Source of the DNA: Mantamonas sphyraenae STR306
Lineage: Eukaryota; Protista; CRuMs
Assembly (NCBI GenBank): GCA_026936335.1
Contig: JAPMXV010000005.1
Coordinates: 1-64,000, forward strand
Reading direction: 5' to 3'
DNA: 64,000 bases
The position numbers and the translations under genes were made by a program. The notes under the pieces were generated by a model that saw nothing but the letters and a program-made list of their open reading frames with translations, did no database searches and had not been told where the DNA came from. This document shows, piece by piece, positions 60,101-64,000 of this stretch; position 1 is the first letter of the stretch, and every line of letters starts with the position of its first letter.

Positions 60101-63100
60101 CCTGTCCTTCATCACATTCTTGTCCTTCAACTGGATCACCACCGTCTTGTAGTTCACTCCTCGCGGCGCAAGCTGCAATGCCCCCACGCTGAACGGCTTC
60201 CAATTCGGCCGGGTGCTGTTTGACACAGCCTCCGTCCGCTTCACCTCCACCAGCTTTCCGTCCGAGCTCAAATGGCTCACAATGGCATACGCGTCCGGCG
60301 GTGCCTTGCTTCCCTTCCAATCCGTGTCTGCCTCATCCAGATCCACCGCACGCAGGTGCAGGTCTACCACGTCGCCCTCCACCAGCTGCAGGTCGCTGTA
60401 GTTCTGTTGCTCTGCCTCGGCTTCCAGCAGCGTACACTCGTCAATTCGCACCATTCCTTCATGCTTGCGATCGCGAAACTGCAGCACAGGACACGTCAGC
60501 AGCTGCTCCATCGTCGTTTCCACCTCACCAATCAAATCGTCCTCGTCGTTCGCGTCAAAGTCCCACACCTGGATCAACACAGGCTTTCGAGGGTCTCCTT
60601 CGCACAATTCGGCCACAGACACCTCCAGCGGCTCCCACGACGGCGACGCCTCGTTCGGAACAGCCTCCGTCGACACAAGCTCAAAATACTTGTCCCCCAC
60701 AGCTGTGCTGAACACAAGGTATGCGTCCGACTCCTCGCCTCCCTGCTCACCCTTGTCCATCGCCTCCAGGTTGATTGCACTTGCTTTGATGCGCAGACGC
60801 TGTCCCATCTTGCCAAACGCTGCCCCCGACGATGATGACGACGACGACGACGACGACGATTCGCCCTCGGCGCCGCTCCCATCCACCAGTTCGCACTCCA
60901 TGATTTCCAGTGTGCCAGTCTTCTTGCTGCCGTCCTTGGGGTCGCTCATTTCCAGCGTGCCAAACTGCGAACGCAAAAGTCGCTTCAACGTCACGCGCAC
61001 CACGCCCACCGTGTTCTTGGCCATCGACTTGCCCAGATCCTTGTCGCAGCAGCGGATTTCCACCAATGCATTGATGTCATAGTTGCACAGCTCCTGGCAC
61101 GAGATTTCGATCGGCTTCCACTCGGGATTCAGATTGTTCTTGATCGCCTCGGTGCGAAACACCTCTTTGCCACTGGCATCCAGCAGCACCAAGAACGGGT
61201 CGGCCGTTCCCAGCATGTGCTTGTTTTCCACTCCAAACACCTTTAGCTGGAGGCGCACCGTGTCCCCGGGTCGCGGACGCAGGCGCTTCCGCTTTGCCCG
61301 CTGCTCCTTTTTCTTGCGCATGCGATACTGCATCAAGTCGATGGACGAGCCCTCGCGATTGGTCGTGTCCGCCACTTCATCCGCGTTGTTCAGCACAACA
61401 CAGTTGATGACACGCAGCAGACCCGTAACCGGTGTTTTCGACGACTTTGCATCCAGCAGGTCGTACGTCTGGTCAGGCACCAGCAGCGTGGCCAGGTCGG
61501 TGCTCACCTGACCCAAGTACGAGTCGCCAAAGATGGAGTGGCCAAACACGTGGATTTCCAGCACCTGCTTGATGTCCATGTTGCACAACTCCGCCACAGG
61601 AACAACCACCGGCCGCCACATCGGCTCCTTCGTTCCTTTGATCACTCCCGACGTCAGCACGGTCTTGAGACTGTTGTCTCCCACGGCTCCCCCGCGTGTC
61701 ATCACTTTGAACAAGGTGTTGTCCTTGGAGAGGCCCGACGCGCCCAGCTGCAACTGCACCACATTCGACTCCTCCAGGTTTACGTCCTTGCGCGACACCT
61801 GACTGTGCTCCAGTGCCTTGAGACGCTTTTCGTCCACCTCCGCAGTCACGGTGGTTTTTGTGGGAGAGCACGTGAGTACGTGCAACGTCCCGCAAGTCTT
61901 GTCCTTCTTGCTCTTCGGCTCGTACAGAGGATACACAGGTCGCGCACCCAACAGATCCTCCACACTCACTTCGCACTGGCCAATCACCTTGTCGTTCTTG
62001 CAATTGACGACACGAAGCGTCAGAGCCTGCTCCAGGTCGCCTCCGCACAACTCTGGTACGTTCAGTCGCAGCGGCGCACACACGGGGTCTGCCGTATCCG
62101 TCACAACCTCTGTGCTGCTCATGCGCTCCAGTTGGCCCATGAGCATGGCCCACACCTCGACACACGAGTTCACGGATGAGGGGAGATCTCGCACCGCAAA
62201 CTCGACCTCGATTTCGCCGAAGCGCACGCGGTCACGCACACGCAGCAGATCCTCCAGTTCCCTGCGTTCCGTTTCTTTCAGATGGTGGTGTTTCCCCTTG
62301 TCGTGGAGCTCGCGCCTGATGTACTCCTCCTGAACAAGCACAGGCGTGTGGACAAACGCACGCACAACGCCCAGAGTGCCCGAGTTGACATATTTGCCCT
62401 TCTTGTCCTTGGCCTTCAGATCCGCGTTGATCAGCGGGAAGCGTGCATTAGTGGACAGCAGCTGTGACAGCGTCACTTCGCAGCGACCAATCTCGTCGTC
62501 GGCCGTGTTGCGGTCCCAGTCAAAGCAGCGCACCAACAACGCCTTTTCCATGTCGCCTCCACACGCTTTGTGCAGGTCCAGCGCAAACGTAGCAAACACA
62601 GGGTTCAGGTTGGCCTTGACGACCTCCGTGCGGTGCAACTCCGTCCCGTCTGCGTCGCTGATGATCAGGTACGGATCAGAAGACATCAGATCACGCTTGT
62701 CCAAGGCCTCGCCGCGTAGTTGGATCACAAGCGAGCCAAGAACGTGGCCATCGGAGTCCACCAGAGCAGTCTGACCACTCATGGCCACATGGGACGCCTC
62801 GTGCGACAGTCCTCGATATTGCTGTGCAAGCAACTCGCCGGCAGAAAGTTCGCGACCTGACGAAGACATCGCACGTGCTGCGTGGGAGGAACGGTGAGGA
62901 CGGCCTGGCGATCCGCGTCGGCTGCCGCTGCTACGCACTGAACTGGACGAGCCGCGTCGAGCGTCGCCGTGCTCCAACGCATGCGCACGGCCATGGTCGA
63001 CACTGTGACTGCGCTGCACGCGTGCATTGATACACTGGACCAACCCAGAGTTGGTGTACTTGGCCTCGCTTGCGCGCTCGGGGCGAATCAGTTCCATCTG

Positions 63101-64000
63101 CACTCCGTCCAGCAGCAGCAAATCCTCAAGCGTGGTGAAACACTGGCCCACCAGTGTCTTGTCGTTGTGCCAACACTCCAGCTTGATCGTCATTTCTGGG
63201 TTGCACTGACACAGCTCGTCAAAGGTGCACTTGATCGGTTCCCACTCTGGGTTGTTGTCGCTCTTGATGGTGTTTGTGCGCACCACCTCCACGTATCGGT
63301 CGCGGGCCTCAAACGCCAGCAGACGCAAGTGGCTACTGTTCTCGCCCATCATGCCCATCTTTTCCAGTCGGATGCCGCAGAAGCTCAGTTCGACAATGTC
63401 GCCCGGATTCTCGGGCAAAGGCACCGCCTTGGATTCGGAGATCACCTGTGTGTTCACCTGCGGCGCAACCTCGGCCACATCCACATTCTGCTTGGCTGCT
63501 ACAACGGCTTGCTGTTCACCCACCTCGATGGCACAGTGCAACATCTGCAGGCGCGTGAGAACAAGTCCCTTTTTCGGGTCGTACATGGGCAGGTGGGCGC
63601 CCTTTTGGTGCTGAACCAGCAGTTTGGACACGTCTGTTTCGTGTTCAGCGTACACCTTCTTCTTGTCGTACAGACGCAGCAGGATCGGGTGCTTGATGTT
63701 GTAGTTGCACAGGCGCTCGACGTCCACCTCCATCGTCGGATAGATGGTCCGCATGCCTGCAATGAGCTCGCCTGTGTCGCAGACTTCCTCATACCCTGAT
63801 GTGGTGGACGACAGCAGCACGACGCGCGTGGAACGCTTCTTGTCCATGTTTGACTCCAGCTGCAGTTTGAGCACGTTGCCCGGGTGCAACTTTACGTCCT
63901 GCGCCTCCAGAATGAGGTCTCCCGACGAGTCCACCTTGGGCAGGTCGTGTCCGGGAACGCTGGACGTGGACGAACGCCCAGAATGGGGGCGGTTTGCGTG
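57170..64000 (-). CDS. Giant protein with >=12 tandem copine-type C2 domains and a C-terminal coiled coil; 5' end beyond the window
   Basis: Uninterrupted ORF, still open at base 64000. Repeated D(P/A)Y...R/STEVV...NP.W...LC.GD...(D.D)...LIG...T...LL...NSG.L units. Confidence 0.88.
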   Translation of the reverse strand, partial: HANRPHSGRSSTSSVPGHDLPKVDSSGDLILEAQDVKLHPGNVLKLQLESNMDKKRSTRVVLLSSTTSGYEEVCDTGELIAGMRTIYPTMEVDVERLCNYNIKHPILLRLYDKKKVYAEHETDVSKLLVQHQKGAHLPMYDPKKGLVLTRLQMLHCAIEVGEQQAVVAAKQNVDVAEVAPQVNTQVISESKAVPLPENPGDIVELSFCGIRLEKMGMMGENSSHLRLLAFEARDRYVEVVRTNTIKSDNNPEWEPIKCTFDELCQCNPEMTIKLECWHNDKTLVGQCFTTLEDLLLLDGVQMELIRPERASEAKYTNSGLVQCINARVQRSHSVDHGRAHALEHGDARRGSSSSVRSSGSRRGSPGRPHRSSHAARAMSSSGRELSAGELLAQQYRGLSHEASHVAMSGQTALVDSDGHVLGSLVIQLRGEALDKRDLMSSDPYLIISDADGTELHRTEVVKANLNPVFATFALDLHKACGGDMEKALLVRCFDWDRNTADDEIGRCEVTLSQLLSTNARFPLINADLKAKDKKGKYVNSGTLGVVRAFVHTPVLVQEEYIRRELHDKGKHHHLKETERRELEDLLRVRDRVRFGEIEVEFAVRDLPSSVNSCVEVWAMLMGQLERMSSTEVVTDTADPVCAPLRLNVPELCGGDLEQALTLRVVNCKNDKVIGQCEVSVEDLLGARPVYPLYEPKSKKDKTCGTLHVLTCSPTKTTVTAEVDEKRLKALEHSQVSRKDVNLEESNVVQLQLGASGLSKDNTLFKVMTRGGAVGDNSLKTVLTSGVIKGTKEPMWRPVVVPVAELCNMDIKQVLEIHVFGHSIFGDSYLGQVSTDLATLLVPDQTYDLLDAKSSKTPVTGLLRVINCVVLNNADEVADTTNREGSSIDLMQYRMRKKKEQRAKRKRLRPRPGDTVRLQLKVFGVENKHMLGTADPFLVLLDASGKEVFRTEAIKNNLNPEWKPIEISCQELCNYDINALVEIRCCDKDLGKSMAKNTVGVVRVTLKRLLRSQFGTLEMSDPKDGSKKTGTLEIMECELVDGSGAEGESSSSSSSSSSSGAAFGKMGQRLRIKASAINLEAMDKGEQGGEESDAYLVFSTAVGDKYFELVSTEAVPNEASPSWEPLEVSVAELCEGDPRKPVLIQVWDFDANDEDDLIGEVETTMEQLLTCPVLQFRDRKHEGMVRIDECTLLEAEAEQQNYSDLQLVEGDVVDLHLRAVDLDEADTDWKGSKAPPDAYAIVSHLSSDGKLVEVKRTEAVSNSTRPNWKPFSVGALQLAPRGVNYKTVVIQLKDKNVMKDRLIGEVRTSLARLLAGEEHKVVDPAREDERGYTDSGRLQVVKCQVKKGAGGAGGGAGEVVGTRMTKGEQIKMHLGVNRLDKEYVWKVAELYVKVMRRDTSGAWERVYQSEVVESNEPVWNEFSVSEQELCRGQHDEQVRVQCFSHSSWQKDRLVGQVTLTVGQLMDACKKNRQLALKDPERSRERGYTASAYLEVLECVETDSRVQRTEPRPGDVAQMHLCAFDLPAKDLLSKSDPYVVVRRFVKKRKEYVEVHETEVVQDSANPEWKPFSVPVSTLCGGNTSELVLFQCFDWDSEHASDLIGQAVVSLGELLTTVDTVELIHPELEHSKGYRNSGVLKFMHCSLQPGISLDFVRPSGVLEHDVVRLGLRCKELRKMSMVGKDDPFLTISGFQVSSDTAGPGIELHRTEVVDNSLEPNFQPFRVSTSLLCRQFREDYGVVRDQDQPLLIQVWSQGGMMSKDKLIGRTLTSLAGLFEQRMQELVYDSGEGAEKIAGVLEVYSLDIVTDETFSDDEEKQRLQLEADAAAGKVKKVSGSSSSSSSGRGSGGGGSRGRGGKGRVSHGNQYGKRRGQKSLGVGRRVADSGMKVVRWQMVGENLVAPDDETTTLDPYFSVYRKRSDGNFVQVYRSGVQLSSESPQWPEFTIGLEELCQGDDQRPILIECKNLDQYGGHKLIGRFTTTLKELESKQGRLFILRRPATRRMRQRNNTGTLEVLRLSVEYAGASDFGGSGLDESLTEENLRGRGGGRMMVHSQSGRGGSSMMGSRRSSMAESQDLKVRLNSMQDSEFVDVSALHETIVELKRSIHVLQSEKLAVATQLHRLMKENARKDRLIEDLQRGNAFTYDTKTQIDQIYGKKKRRAGADGGSSLRSSSQVVNEGGVMQAFGRLDDSEAWGETSGSQSARGRPQSRTHGEEEVEYRRPHTHRGGGRRRQVDLLEEAPTEESPRSPVRPHAPASSHTSSMRNSGSTRRRAVDGW

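Noticed and set aside
1-64000. Alternative genetic code or non-canonical (U12, AT-AC) introns
   Set aside because: All modelled introns are GT-AG, conserved genes end at normal stops, and in-frame stops are explained by introns or local indels.

Overview
Left end of a linear chromosome from a very gene-dense, GC-rich unicellular eukaryote. It is probably flagellated (CCDC146 present); the taxon cannot be determined from the sequence. It starts with ~25 (CCCTAA) telomeric units. A ~10.5 kb mosaic subtelomere follows, containing: a spliced orphan gene with a nested four-fold repeat of a domain I do not recognise; a 5'-truncated, frameshifted HECT E3 fragment; two paralogous LRR-ankyrin genes sharing an F-box-like motif; and a duplicated gene tail. 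From ~11 kb on there are 20 tightly packed core genes with short GT-AG introns: SCLY, a membrane protein, NF-YA-like, alpha/beta-hydrolase-DUF1295 fusion, ankyrin, alpha2delta-like VWA protein, RICTOR, UTP11, TMEM131, Cbl-like, CID-RRM, WD40, Miro, CCDC146, PPP2R3C, SMC6, ATAD5, 4CL-like ligase, ALDH4A1 and COQ7. The window ends in a giant protein with at least 12 tandem copine-type C2 domains that runs off the edge. The most interesting items are the subtelomeric LRR-ANK-F-box-like family with a hypervariable 84-bp LRR array, the poly-C2 protein, the orphan telomere-proximal repeat protein, and multi-kb G/C-skew domains that ignore gene orientation. All calls are by-eye motif recognition and manual splice modelling; no searches were run.
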